A stretch of 64,000 nt of DNA from an uncultured Chloroflexia bacterium (GCA_963759495.1 CAVWZL010000013.1:56466-120465), one strand, 5' to 3'; shown: positions 40,956-51,493, counted from the stretch's first letter. The notes: generated by a model from the letters alone, not told the origin. Translations and numbers: made by a program.

Positions 40956-41411
40956 GACGCGTGCACGGCTTCCGCGATGGCGCGGAAGGTCGCGACGGGT
41001 CCGGCCGGCGATGGGCCGGGTGAAGACGCGGTCGATGAACGACGCCCAGAACGGGATCCGCGGCCGGAACTCGTGGTCGATCGAGACCCGACAGCCGCCG
41101 TCGGTGGGCTCGATCCGCCAGGTCACGTCCATGCCGGACGTCGCGCCGCCCTGGTGCAGGAAGCGCAGACGCAGCGTCTCGGGCTCCGACCACGTCCGCG
41201 ATCGCCACGCGACGGGGATCCCGAGCCCCAGCACGGGCACGAGCGGCCGGCGGGCGACCATCCGCGCGGTCACGCTCCCGTCCGGCCGCCGCTCCAGCGT
41301 GCGCACCTCGACGTAGTGGGGGAGCAGCCGAGGCCACTGCGCGACATCGCGCGCGAGCCGGAAGACGAGCTCCGCCGGCGCCGCCACGTCGATCGAGATC
41401 GTGCTCTTCAC
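40952..41411 (-). CDS. SRPBCC/START-fold polyketide cyclase/dehydrase-like protein; indel near the 3' end
   Basis: IDVAAPAELVF.LA.DV.QWP.LLPHY, GMDVTWRIEP; overlapping start/stop with both neighbours. Confidence 0.8.
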
Positions 41412-41908
41412 GCGAGCACGCCCGGGAACACCCGCTCGATCGCCTCGTGCGCGAGCTCCACGACGGAGATCCGACCGATCTCCTCGGACGTCATCCAGGC
41501 CGCCCGGTCGGTGCTGCCGTCCAGCTCGTCCCCGAGCTCCCCGCCGACGATCTGCACCCGGTAGAGGATGCTCAGGAAGTGAAGGTCCTGCCCGCCGGCC
41601 CAGCGCGAGGCGGGATAGACGTGCGAGAAGATTCCCTCGACCCGTTCGATCCGACCATGGAGCCCCGTCTCCTCGCGCAGCTCGCGAAGGCACGCAGCGT
41701 CCGGATGCTCGCCGAACTCCACGCCGCCCCCCGGCAGCGTCCACGCGCCCGATTCCACTTCGCTGACGGCGAGCCGGCACAGCAGCAGACGGCCGTGTGC
41801 GTCGAGGCAGATGGCATGGCTCCCCAGTCGCGTGCGACCCAGCGGCGGAGCGGATTCTGTCGCTGCCGGATCCGGGGCTGTCGTCCCGGGGTCGGCCTGG
41901 TGCGTCAT
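41408..41908 (-). CDS. NUDIX hydrolase
   Basis: WTLPGGGVEFGE.P.AA..RELREETG. Confidence 0.9.
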   Translation of the reverse strand: MTHQADPGTTAPDPAATESAPPLGRTRLGSHAICLDAHGRLLLCRLAVSEVESGAWTLPGGGVEFGEHPDAACLRELREETGLHGRIERVEGIFSHVYPASRWAGGQDLHFLSILYRVQIVGGELGDELDGSTDRAAWMTSEEIGRISVVELAHEAIERVFPGVLA

Positions 41909-43118
41909 GGGCGCAGCACGGCGCCGAGGAAGCGGGGATCGAGGGCGCGGGACGCCGGCACGAGGTCACCCATAACGAGGCCCATCGTCTCACGGACCGC
42001 GGGACGGGCCTCCAGGCGGCGGGCCGCGTACCCGAACAGGGCAGGGCGCGCGAGGAACGCCTGGACGAGCATCGAGACGACGTCCTTGGTCGCGAACCGC
42101 CGGCGCATCGACCGATCGTAGGCGCCCATGGCCCGTTCATCGCCGCAGAGCGCGGCGTCAAGCGCGCGTGCCGCCAGCTCGGCCGAGACGACGGCCCGAT
42201 GCAGCCCCTCACCGGTGAACGGGTCGAGGAACCCGGCGGCATCCCCGGCGAGCAGCCAGCGCGGCCCGGCTCGACGGGTGACGCGGTGGCCGAGCGGGCT
42301 CGCCCCGGCGATGCGGTCGAGCCGCTCTCCGTGCCGCCAGGCGGCGGGATCGGGCGGGGAGCCGGCCAGGCCGTCGAGCGCCGGAATCGCGGCGAGGATC
42401 GTCGCTCGTCACGGACTCCGCCCCGCGTCGCCGGAGATCCACCGACCAGGACCGGCCGAGCACGATGCCGACGTTGACGCGTCCGCCCGGCACGGGCGCG
42501 ATCCCCACGTACCCGTCCCGGATCATGCGCATGCGCGCATCCGCCGCCGGGTCGCCGGCGCGATCAGCAACGTGAAACGTGAGGCCGACTCGCGGTGCGA
42601 GACGCGCTGGCCGCGTGACCCCGGCTGCACGGGCGACGAGGGAGTGCCCACCGTCCGTCCCGACGACGAATCGCGCCCGAACCTCCTCCTGGCCGCCCGG
42701 CCCGCCAACGGTCAGCCGCGCGCCGTCCGGCGCCAGCACGACCTGCTCGACCCGGGTCCCGCGACAGACGCGTCCGCCGGCCGCGGCAGCATTCGCGAGC
42801 AGAACCGTGTCGAGCGCGGCGCGATCGAAGCCGACCGGCTCGTCCGTGCCGTAGCGCAGGCGAAACGCGGATCCGTCCGTCATCTCGACGCGCATCGCGG
42901 GGATGGGCCGCGTCATCCCCTCCAGGGCGGCTGCATCCATGCCGATCCGGCGCAGGGCCACCACCGGTGGCCGGGGAGCTGAAGACGCCGCACGCGCGCC
43001 ACCGATAGGCGGTCGAGCGCTCGAGCACGAGGACGTCGTGCCCGCGTCGGGCCAGGAGGGTCGCGACGATCGCGCCGGCCGGTCCGCCGCCGATGACGGC
43101 CACGTCCGCGTCCATCAC
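41905..43118 (-). CDS. FAD-dependent oxidoreductase (geranylgeranyl-reductase/monooxygenase-like); several frameshifts
   Basis: VIGGGPAG, RAALD..L, GTDG..S, and GDAAGFLDPFTGEG near 42210-42255. Confidence 0.82.
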
Positions 43119-43852
43119 GACCCCTCCGTTGCCTCAACCGCGGCCGGGGGCGGCACCGCGACGATCGCGTAGCGATGGCCGATGAACCCGCTCCGCTCTG
43201 CAAGCGGCGCCAGCCCCGCGTCGACGAGCAGGTCGCGCATCTCGGCCGCCGTGTACGCGCGTTGCACCGAGAGCGGCGCGTCGTGGCGCGTAAAGGGGTT
43301 GCGCGTCAGGAGCCGGCTCGCGAGCCAGGCACCGACGAGCGCAGGCTCGCTGCGGTCGAGGTCGTTGATCACCACGCCCAGCCGGCTCACCCGGCCAAGC
43401 TCCGACAGGAACCGGACCGCCTCGTCTCGATCGAGGTGATGGACGACGAGGGACGCGTGTCCCACGTCGAACGTCTCGTTCGGGTAGGGCAGACGGGTCC
43501 CATCGACAAGCGCGAGCTTCAGGCCCGGCACGCGATCGAGATTGGGCCGAGCGACGCGTGCAGCCGAGAGGATCTCCGCCCGGCTGTCGACGGCCGTCAC
43601 CTCCACCCGCCGACCCCGCCAGCGCGCATCTGCGAGGAACGCGACCGGGATGTCGGCGCCGCCTGTGCCCACGTCGAGGATCGTCGGCGTCCCCGTGGCG
43701 CCGTCCAGCAGCCGGTTCACGCCCCACCGGCTGAGCGCGACGCCCCCGAACAGGCGGTTCAGCCGGCGCAGATCACGCAGGTTTCCGGCCACGGTCGCCA
43801 GATCGTCGAGCGGGCCGTCGAGGTGCTCCGGGGCAGCCACCCGGCGTTCCAT
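43115..43852 (-). CDS. SAM-dependent methyltransferase
   Basis: ILDVGTGGADI, SLVVHHL, INDL.RS, HDAPLSV.RAYT; SD AGGAG. Confidence 0.88.
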   Translation of the reverse strand: MERRVAAPEHLDGPLDDLATVAGNLRDLRRLNRLFGGVALSRWGVNRLLDGATGTPTILDVGTGGADIPVAFLADARWRGRRVEVTAVDSRAEILSAARVARPNLDRVPGLKLALVDGTRLPYPNETFDVGHASLVVHHLDRDEAVRFLSELGRVSRLGVVINDLDRSEPALVGAWLASRLLTRNPFTRHDAPLSVQRAYTAAEMRDLLVDAGLAPLAERSGFIGHRYAIVAVPPPAAVEATEGS

Positions 43853-43918
43853 GGGGTCTCCTGCGGTGCGTGCCGGGCGGGTGTCGTGCGCGGTGGTTGT
43901 CGTACTCTAGCCCGCCGG

Positions 43919-45019
43919 ATGACACCACCCGCTCGCCGCCTCGGCCGCTTCCTCATGCCCCTCCTCGCGGGGGTGCTGGTCCTGCTCGCCGCGGCGCCCG
44001 ACGCGTCGGCGTTTTCGACCGTCTACCCCGTCGAGAGCCTCGGCAATCGCGGCTCCGAGGTGCGTGCGCTCCAGTACCTCCTCCGGGCGAAAGGCCGGAC
44101 AGTCCCTGTGGACGGCGTCTTCGGGGCGTCGACGCAGCGAGCCGTCGCGGCCCACCAGACCGCCAAGGGGCTTCGGGTCACCGGGGTCGTCGACGACGCA
44201 ACCTGGCGCAGCCTCACGCCCGTGCTCACGTCGGGGAGCAGCGGGGACGCCGTGCGCGGCCTGCAGGGGCTCCTCAACGAGAAGCGCCGGTCCGGACTGA
44301 CCGTGAGCGGCACGTACAACGACGGCACGCGGAAGGCCGTGGCGTCCTTCCAGCGCCACATGGGCTCGACGGCCGACGGCATCGCGAGCGCCGTCACGTG
44401 GCGCAGGCTCCTGTGGCACTTCGAGCTCCCGGTCTGGGGCGGCTCCACCGGCCTGTGCGACTACAGCGTCGGCAACGGCACGGCCAATTGGGGGACCGGG
44501 ACGGCGATCGGCCAGCTCGAGGCTGCCGCGACGCGGATCTACGCCGCGGGCCACGGCCGGGTCCCGATCGGCGACATCGGGTTCGAGCACGGCGGCGACA
44601 TCCCCGGTCACCAGACGCACGAGCGGGGGCTCGACGTCGACATCCGGCCGATGCGGGACGCCAACAACCAGTGCACGTGGGGCGGCACGTACCGGCTCGC
44701 CAACTACGATCGGGCGGCCACGCGGGCCCTGATCAAGGCGATCCGCGCCACTGCGCCCCGCCACGTGAAGCTCATCTACTTCAACGATCCCGTTCTCATC
44801 GACGAGGGCCTCACGACCTGGTACCCAGGCCACGACGACCACCTGCACGTCCGGTACTGCGACGCCGGACACCCGCTGGCGGCGTACCGCTGCTCGGCAG
44901 CACCGCTGCCCGCGTCGGCCGAGGCAGTGAACCGCTCCAACGATGCCGCTGCGCAGGGTGCCGTGATCGCGGGCGCCGCGGCCCGTCACCTCCTCACCGA
45001 CGCACGGCTCGCGCACTGA
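43919..45019 (+). CDS. Secreted peptidoglycan-binding protein with MepA-like (M74/LAS) endopeptidase domain
   Basis: Signal peptide, two PG_binding_1 repeats (V..LQ..L, DG.FG..T..AV..FQ), HQTHERGLDVD, HDDHLHV. Confidence 0.8.
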   Translation: MTPPARRLGRFLMPLLAGVLVLLAAAPDASAFSTVYPVESLGNRGSEVRALQYLLRAKGRTVPVDGVFGASTQRAVAAHQTAKGLRVTGVVDDATWRSLTPVLTSGSSGDAVRGLQGLLNEKRRSGLTVSGTYNDGTRKAVASFQRHMGSTADGIASAVTWRRLLWHFELPVWGGSTGLCDYSVGNGTANWGTGTAIGQLEAAATRIYAAGHGRVPIGDIGFEHGGDIPGHQTHERGLDVDIRPMRDANNQCTWGGTYRLANYDRAATRALIKAIRATAPRHVKLIYFNDPVLIDEGLTTWYPGHDDHLHVRYCDAGHPLAAYRCSAAPLPASAEAVNRSNDAAAQGAVIAGAAARHLLTDARLAH

Positions 45020-45069
45020 GGGCGCCTCGCCGGCCGGGGGCGACGGGCCGGAGTGCCATACTAGGTTCC

Positions 45070-46593
45070 ATGGCGACCGACTCCGATACACGCGTTGCGA
45101 CGACCGGCACCACCGCACCGAACAGCTGGGGCCTCGGCGATGGCCAGGCGATCCCGTGGGAGTACGCGCCGGCGCCCGAGGCGCGCGACATCGTCACGCT
45201 CAAGGAGCGCTACGGGCTGTTCATCGGCGGTCGTGAGGTGCAGGCATCCGACGGTGGCTCGTTCGTCTCGATCGACCCGTCCACGGAGCAGCCGCTCGCA
45301 TCGATCGCCAAGGCCACCGCAGCCGACATCGACACGGCAGTTCGTGCCGCCCGGCGGGCCCAGCGGCGGTCGTGGGGGACGCTGTCGGGCAAGGAGCGCG
45401 CGAAGTATCTGTTCCGGATCGCTCGGATCCTCCAGGAGCGGTCGCGTGAGTTCGCGGTCCTCGAATCGATGGACTCGGGCAAGCCGATCAAGGAGAGTCG
45501 CGACGTCGACGTGCCGCTCGCCGCCGCGCATTTCTGGTACTACGCCGGCTGGGCCGACAAGCTCGAGTACGCCTTCCCCGGCCGGATTGCGCGGCCCCTC
45601 GGCGTGGCCGCCCAGATCATCCCGTGGAACTTCCCGCTGCTCATGCTTGCCTGGAAGATCGCCCCGGCCCTCGCGGCGGGCAATGCCGTCGTGCTCAAGC
45701 CAGCATCGACCACGCCTCTGAGCGCGCTCCTCTTCGCCGACGTGTGCCGCCAGGCCGACCTCCCACCGGGCGTCGTGAACATCGTCCCGGGACCGGGCGA
45801 GGTGGGCACCGTCCTGGCGATGCACCCCGATGTCGACAAGGTGGCCTTCACCGGCTCGACCGAGATCGGCAAGAAGATCCAGCGCGCGGTGGCGGGGACG
45901 GACAAGGCGCTCACGCTCGAGCTGGGTGGCAAGGCGGCCAACATCGTCTTCGACGACGCGCCCCTCGATCAGGCCGTCGAGGGCATCGTCAACGGCATCT
46001 ACTTCAACCAGGGCGAGGTCTGCTGCGCCGGGTCGCGCCTGCTCGCGCAGGAATCGATCGTCGAGCCGCTCATCGAGAAGCTCAAGGATCGGCTTGCGAC
46101 CATCCGCGTCGGCGACCCGCTCGACAAGAACACCGATGTCGGCGCGATCAACTCGAAGAGCCAGCTCGAGAAGATCACCGAGCTCGTGCAAGCCGGTGTC
46201 GACGAGGGCGCCGACCTGTACCAGCCGCCATGCGACCTGCCGGACCGTGGCTATTTCTTCCGGCCCACCCTGTTCACGAACGTGGCCCAGAGCCACCGGA
46301 TCGCGCGCGAAGAGATCTTCGGCCCGGTGCTCTCGGTCCTGACGTTCCGGACCCCGGACGAGGCGGTCGAGAAGGCGAACAACACCGCCTACGGCCTGTC
46401 CGCCGGGGTCTGGACCGAGAAGGGCAGCCGGATCCTGTCGATGGTCTCGAAGATGAAGGCCGGCGTGGTGTGGGCCAACACGTTCAACCGGTTCGATCCC
46501 ACGTCGCCGTTCGGTGGCTACAAGCAGTCGGGCTTCGGGCGCGAAGGCGGCATGCACGGGCTCCACGCGTACGTCCGGCTGGAGGATCGCTGA
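45070..46593 (+). CDS. Aldehyde dehydrogenase
   Basis: PWNFP, FTGST, LELGGK, GEVCCAG, EEIFGPV, PFGGYK.SGFGRE. Confidence 0.95.
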   Translation: MATDSDTRVATTGTTAPNSWGLGDGQAIPWEYAPAPEARDIVTLKERYGLFIGGREVQASDGGSFVSIDPSTEQPLASIAKATAADIDTAVRAARRAQRRSWGTLSGKERAKYLFRIARILQERSREFAVLESMDSGKPIKESRDVDVPLAAAHFWYYAGWADKLEYAFPGRIARPLGVAAQIIPWNFPLLMLAWKIAPALAAGNAVVLKPASTTPLSALLFADVCRQADLPPGVVNIVPGPGEVGTVLAMHPDVDKVAFTGSTEIGKKIQRAVAGTDKALTLELGGKAANIVFDDAPLDQAVEGIVNGIYFNQGEVCCAGSRLLAQESIVEPLIEKLKDRLATIRVGDPLDKNTDVGAINSKSQLEKITELVQAGVDEGADLYQPPCDLPDRGYFFRPTLFTNVAQSHRIAREEIFGPVLSVLTFRTPDEAVEKANNTAYGLSAGVWTEKGSRILSMVSKMKAGVVWANTFNRFDPTSPFGGYKQSGFGREGGMHGLHAYVRLEDR

Positions 46594-47573
46594 TGGCCAC
46601 GCCGGCCCGACGGCCCGCGACAAACGGGCGCACCGGCGCCGGACGGGCCGTCGCGCGGCGCGCACAGAAGGACGTCACGGCCGCGACCCCGGCACGGATC
46701 GCGGTGCGCAAGACGTACAAGCTGTTCGTCGGGGGCGCGTTCCCGCGATCCGAATCGGGCCGGTCGTACCTCGTCGCGGCGGCCGACGGCACGCCCCTCG
46801 CCAACGCGTCCCGTGCATCTCGCAAGGACCTGCGCGAGGCGGTGCGCACGGCCCGGAAGGCCTTCCCGGGGTGGGCGGGCAAGACGGCGATGAACCGCGG
46901 TCAGGTGCTGTACCGAGTGGCCGAGCTGCTCGAGGGCAGGCGCGACCAGTTCGCTGCCGAGGTCGCCGCCGCCGAGGGGCTCAGCGACGCCGCCGCGCGA
47001 ACCAGCGTGGATCGGGCCATCGACCGATGGGTGTGGTACGCCGGCTGGGCTGACAAGATCGGCCAGGTCCTCGGGTCCTCGAACCCCGTGGCTGCGCCGT
47101 ACTTCAACTTCACGATTCCCGAGCCGACCGGCGTCGTCGGGATCGTGGCGCCCGAGACGTCGTCACTCCTCGGGCTCGTCTCGCGGCTTGCACCGCCGCT
47201 CGTGGCGGGCAATGCCGTGGTGGTGCTCACCTCCGAGACGCGTCCGCTCCCCGCGATCACGCTCGCCGAGGTGCTCGCCACGTCGGATGTTCCGGGCGGC
47301 GTCGTCAACCTGCTGACCGGCCTCAAGCCCGAGCTCGTCCCGGTCCTGGCCGCCCACGCCGACGTCGATGCGATCGACACGTGGGGCGTGCCGGACGATC
47401 TGCGTCGCGACGTCGAGCTGCTTGCGGCCGACGACGTCAAGCGCGTCCTGCGCCGGCCGACCACCGTGCAGGAGGCCCGGTTCGACTGGCTCGACGATCG
47501 TGCCGCCGAGCGCCCCGAATGGATCGCCGCCTTCCTCGAGATGAAGACGGTCTGGCACCCGATCGGGGTCTAG
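46593..47573 (+). CDS. Short aldehyde dehydrogenase-like protein lacking the catalytic domain
   Basis: KTYKLFVGGAFPRSESGR, YAGWADK, PGGVVNLLTG, KTVWHP; no ELGGK or catalytic Cys. Confidence 0.85.
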   Translation: MATPARRPATNGRTGAGRAVARRAQKDVTAATPARIAVRKTYKLFVGGAFPRSESGRSYLVAAADGTPLANASRASRKDLREAVRTARKAFPGWAGKTAMNRGQVLYRVAELLEGRRDQFAAEVAAAEGLSDAAARTSVDRAIDRWVWYAGWADKIGQVLGSSNPVAAPYFNFTIPEPTGVVGIVAPETSSLLGLVSRLAPPLVAGNAVVVLTSETRPLPAITLAEVLATSDVPGGVVNLLTGLKPELVPVLAAHADVDAIDTWGVPDDLRRDVELLAADDVKRVLRRPTTVQEARFDWLDDRAAERPEWIAAFLEMKTVWHPIGV

Positions 47574-47574
47574 C

Positions 47575-48084
47575 GTGTCCGTCGGCACCCGCACCCCGTC
47601 GCGCGCCCGGCCGGGTCAGCACGAGCCGGGCTCGGTCGAGCGGCGCGTCTACGTGAATGCCTCGCCCCGCGTCGTGTGGGCCACGCTCCACGATCCGGCC
47701 AACGCCAGGGCGCTCTTCCCGCACCTCCAGCTCGATTCGCCGACGCCCGACTGGCCTGCCGTCGCGGCGACGCGTCGGGCGCACCCGCGGCTTGGCCTCC
47801 TGCGTGACGCGGCCTGGGTCGAGAGCCTCGAGGCACGACCCCAGTCGAGCTTCGCGATCCGTGTCACGGGGACCGGGATCCACGGCGAGCTGCGCTGGTG
47901 GTTCGAGCCCGCCGCCGGCGGCACGCGGGTCGTGCATGGCGCGATCGTCGATCCGCTCGATCGATGGGCCGGCCTCCTGATCTGGCTCGGTCGCGAATCG
48001 CTCGCCGCGCGGGTCGAGAACCACCTGCGGGTCCTCAAGGAGCGCGCGGAGGCAGCGGAGCACCGCTACCAGCAGCCGTCGTGA
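47575..48084 (+). CDS. SRPBCC-family protein
   Basis: V.ASP.VVW..L.D, W.FEP..GGTRV pattern. Confidence 0.65.
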   Translation: MSVGTRTPSRARPGQHEPGSVERRVYVNASPRVVWATLHDPANARALFPHLQLDSPTPDWPAVAATRRAHPRLGLLRDAAWVESLEARPQSSFAIRVTGTGIHGELRWWFEPAAGGTRVVHGAIVDPLDRWAGLLIWLGRESLAARVENHLRVLKERAEAAEHRYQQPS

Positions 48085-48119
48085 TTCGAGGCCGCGCACC
48101 GGGTCGAGACTGATCCTGG

Positions 48120-49007
48120 GTGGACCCGCTCGTCATCGGGCTCGTCGGCGTGTCCGCGCTGCTCCATGTCGGGTGGAACGTCCGACTCAAGACGGCCAGC
48201 GATCCGCTCGTTGCGGGCGCGATCGGTCTCGTGGTCGGCGCGCTCGTCATCGTCCCGGTCGGCGTCGTGGCGTGGTGGCTCGACGCCCGCCCGGCCCTGT
48301 CTGGCACGGGTGTCGCGCTCGGTCTGCTCTCGGGCGTCCTCGAGGCGGCCTATTTCGTGCTCCTCGCGGCGGCCTATCGCCGCGGCGACCTGTCCGTCGT
48401 GTACCCGATTGCGCGCGGGACGGCGCCCCTGCTCCTCGTCGCAGTCGGCGTGCTCCTGCTGGGCGAGCGGCTCGGCGGAGCTGGATGGGCCGGTGTCGTC
48501 GGGCTCCTGGCCGGGTTCCTCGTCGTGCAGCGGCCCTGGCTCGCGCTGCGCAATGCGCGGGCCGGACGCCGTCCCGACGCAGCGATCGCGTTCGCCCTTG
48601 CGACGGGCGTCGCGATCGCCGCCTACACGTCGGTCGACCGGGTCGGCACGCGGCTGATCGATCCGGTCCCGTACGCCGCGATCCTGTGGCTGAGCGGGTC
48701 CCTCGTGCTCGTCGCCTGGATCGCGATCGCCGGTGGCCCCGCAGCTCGATGGCCGGACCGGGCGGCAATCCGGCACGCGTCCCTCGGCGGGGTGATGACG
48801 CTCGGTGCCTACCTGCTCGTGCTGTTCGCGCTCAGCGTCGCCCCCCTCACGGCCGTAGCGCCGTTGCGGGAGTCGGCGACGGTGCTGGCGGCGGCCTGGG
48901 GTGCGGTCAGGATGGGGGAGGCCGTCGGCGGACGTGACATTGCGCGACGGGTCGCGGGATCGGGTCTCATCGTCGCCGGCGCGATCCTGCTCGCGCTCGA
49001 CGCTTGA
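48120..49007 (+). CDS. EamA/DMT-family transporter
   Basis: SALLH.GWN, AY.RGDLSVVYPIARG, APLRES. Confidence 0.88.
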   Translation: MDPLVIGLVGVSALLHVGWNVRLKTASDPLVAGAIGLVVGALVIVPVGVVAWWLDARPALSGTGVALGLLSGVLEAAYFVLLAAAYRRGDLSVVYPIARGTAPLLLVAVGVLLLGERLGGAGWAGVVGLLAGFLVVQRPWLALRNARAGRRPDAAIAFALATGVAIAAYTSVDRVGTRLIDPVPYAAILWLSGSLVLVAWIAIAGGPAARWPDRAAIRHASLGGVMTLGAYLLVLFALSVAPLTAVAPLRESATVLAAAWGAVRMGEAVGGRDIARRVAGSGLIVAGAILLALDA

Positions 49008-49013
49008 GCGAGG

Positions 49014-49952
49014 TCAGCCGGGCTCGGCCGGGGCGGAGCGTCCGAACAATCGCCGGGCCCCGAAGCGGGCGCTCACGAGCGCGACGCCTCCGATGACGAG
49101 GGCCGTACCGGCCAGCACGCGCACGTCGACGGTCTCGTTCAGCACGACCACGCCGAGCGCGATGCCCCAGATCGGGATCAGGTACGCGACGAGCGACGAG
49201 CGCGTCGAGCCCCAGCGGCTGAGCATGCGGAAGAACACCAGGTACGCGAGCCCCGAGCCCATCAGGCCGAGCCACACGACCGAGATCGCGGCCCGGGGCG
49301 TCACGTCCGTGGCCAGCGGGTTCTCGATCGTGAACGCCAGGGCCGTCGTGATGAGCAGCGCGAAGCCGACCTGGCACACGGCCACGGCCATCGGCGCCAC
49401 CGCCCGGACGTTGCGGCGGGCGTAGACGTTGCCCGCGGCGTACGAGACCGAGGACAGCACGAGGGCGAGCTCGCCGATCCCTCCGCCGGCCGCCATGGCG
49501 GCGAGCCCCTGCCCGGTGAGGAGCACGACGCCCACGAACCCGACACCGAGCCCCACGAGCCGGTTCACCGTGATCGGCTCGTCGTGGAGGAACAGGGCCG
49601 CGGTGATGATCGTGAACAGCGGCACGGTCGCGTTGAGGATGGACGCCAGCGAGGAGTTGACCGTCTGCTCACCGAACGTGATGAGCCAGAACGGCACCAC
49701 GATGTTGAGCACGGCCATCACGATGAGGTGCCCGATGGTTCGCCGCTCCGTCGGGAGCTTCGGGCGGGCGACGGCCGCGACAAGCAGCAGGACCGCCAGC
49801 CCGAACAGGAGCCGAAGCATGACCAGCGTCAGCGGTCGGAGGCCCTCCTCGACGCCGATCCGGATGAACAGGTAGCTGCTGCCCCACATGAAGCCGAGGA
49901 GGACGAAGAGGGCCCAGTCGAGACGCGTGCTGGCCGGCGGAGAGGACGACAT
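49014..49952 (-). CDS. EamA/DMT-family transporter
   Basis: WGSSYLFI, SILNATVPLFT, YLIPIWG..LG..VLNE. Confidence 0.9.
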   Translation of the reverse strand: MSSSPPASTRLDWALFVLLGFMWGSSYLFIRIGVEEGLRPLTLVMLRLLFGLAVLLLVAAVARPKLPTERRTIGHLIVMAVLNIVVPFWLITFGEQTVNSSLASILNATVPLFTIITAALFLHDEPITVNRLVGLGVGFVGVVLLTGQGLAAMAAGGGIGELALVLSSVSYAAGNVYARRNVRAVAPMAVAVCQVGFALLITTALAFTIENPLATDVTPRAAISVVWLGLMGSGLAYLVFFRMLSRWGSTRSSLVAYLIPIWGIALGVVVLNETVDVRVLAGTALVIGGVALVSARFGARRLFGRSAPAEPG

Positions 49953-49971
49953 CGGCGGATGATACCGGCTG

Positions 49972-49993
49972 TTGGCCTACCGGTCTAGGCCAA
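49972..49993. promoter_or_regulatory. Palindromic operator overlapping the EamA promoter
   Basis: TTGGCCTA-N6-TAGGCCAA; minus strand TAGACC-17 nt-TATCAT. Confidence 0.55.
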
Positions 49994-50071
49994 TTTGAGC
50001 CGGTGGCTCCGGTCGAGCCCCGTCGGGTGAGCCAGCCCGGCTACGATGCGCTTCCACGATCAGGAGGGACG

Positions 50072-51493
50072 ATGCGGCTCTGGGGCGGGCGGTTCAGCGA
50101 GGAGAACGATGCCCGGGTGGCCGACTTCACGCGCTCGATCGAGATCGACCGTGAGCTGGCCGCGGACGATCTCGTGGGGTCGATCGCACACGTCCGCGGG
50201 CTCGGTCGTGCAGGGCTGCTCACCGACGCGGAGGTGACCCTGCTCGTCGACGGGCTGACAGACCTGGCACGGGCGGTCGACGCCGACGAGATCGTCTGGG
50301 ACCCTGCGCTCGAGGACGTCCACCTCAACCTGGAGGCCGCGCTGACCGAGCGCATCGGGGCGGTGGCCGGCAAGCTCCACACCGGGCGCTCGCGCAATGA
50401 CCAGGTCGCCACCGACCTGCGTCTCTGGCTCCGGCGAGCCATCGACCGGCTGGATGGCGCGCTGGTCGAGTTCGAGCGCGCGTTGGTCCGTCTCGCGGAC
50501 CGCGAAGGGAGCGCGATCCTGCCCGGCACCACGCATATCCAGCCCGCCCAGCCCGTCCTCTTTGCCCACCACCTGCTGGCGTACGTCGAGATGGCCGAAC
50601 GCGATCGTGCGCGTCTCGCCGACGCGCGTCGCCGGGTCAACGTGTCGCCGCTCGGCGCCGGGGCATTGGCCGGTGCCGGGTATCCGCTCGACCGCGAGGG
50701 CGTCGCCGCAGAGCTCGGGTTCGATGGTGTCACCGCGAACTCGCTGGATGCGGTCGCCGACCGCGACTTCGTCGTCGAGACGCTCGGCGCGATCGCGCTC
50801 GGCATGGTCCACCTCAGTCGCCTCGCCGAGGAGCTGACGTGGTGGTCGAACCCACGATTCGGCTTCGTCCGGGCGGCAGACGCCTTCTCGACCGGCAGCT
50901 CGATCATGCCCAACAAGAAGAACCCGGATCCGGCGGAGCTCGTGCGCGGCCGTGTCGGCCGGGTCGTCGGCGCGCTGACCGGCATGCTGACCCTGCTCAA
51001 GGGCCTGCCTCTCGCGTACCAGCGCGACCTGCAGGAGGACAAGGCGCCGCTGTTCGACGCGGTGGCCGTCTACGAGGCGTCGCTCGGGGTCCTCGCGGGG
51101 ATGCTCGACTCGCTGGTCGTGGATTCGGCGCGAATGCGAGAGGCCGCGGCGGAAGGATTCACGACGGCCACCGCCGTCGCCGACGCGCTCGTCAGGCTCG
51201 GCGTCCCGTTCCGCGCCGCGCACCACGTCGTCGGTGGTCTCGTGGCGGCGGCCGAGACCGCGGGGATCGGGCTGCACGAAGTGGACGACGAAACCGTCCA
51301 CGCGGCACTGGCCGGGAGCGAGGATGAGACCGCGACCGGCCTTGCTCGAGAGGGAAGCATTGGGGCTTCCGTTCGCGCGGCGGCAGATCTTGAGACGGCC
51401 CTCGCCAGCTGTGACGTGACCGGCGGAACGGCCCCGGACCGGGTCCGCTCGGCCCTCGATGCGGCTCGACGCCGGCTGGATGCGACCGCCTGA
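50072..51493 (+). CDS. argH: Argininosuccinate lyase
   Basis: [36 protein letters not shown]; SD AGGAGG. Confidence 0.96.
   Translation: MRLWGGRFSEENDARVADFTRSIEIDRELAADDLVGSIAHVRGLGRAGLLTDAEVTLLVDGLTDLARAVDADEIVWDPALEDVHLNLEAALTERIGAVAGKLHTGRSRNDQVATDLRLWLRRAIDRLDGALVEFERALVRLADREGSAILPGTTHIQPAQPVLFAHHLLAYVEMAERDRARLADARRRVNVSPLGAGALAGAGYPLDREGVAAELGFDGVTANSLDAVADRDFVVETLGAIALGMVHLSRLAEELTWWSNPRFGFVRAADAFSTGSSIMPNKKNPDPAELVRGRVGRVVGALTGMLTLLKGLPLAYQRDLQEDKAPLFDAVAVYEASLGVLAGMLDSLVVDSARMREAAAEGFTTATAVADALVRLGVPFRAAHHVVGGLVAAAETAGIGLHEVDDETVHAALAGSEDETATGLAREGSIGASVRAAADLETALASCDVTGGTAPDRVRSALDAARRRLDATA

Noticed and set aside
39693-42242. Apparent 849-aa cyclase-ketosynthase fusion
   Set aside because: An indel near 40995 explains it. 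The SRPBCC C-terminus ends in an ATGA overlap with the KS start, and the N-terminal part is an off-frame shadow. It should still be confirmed with reads.
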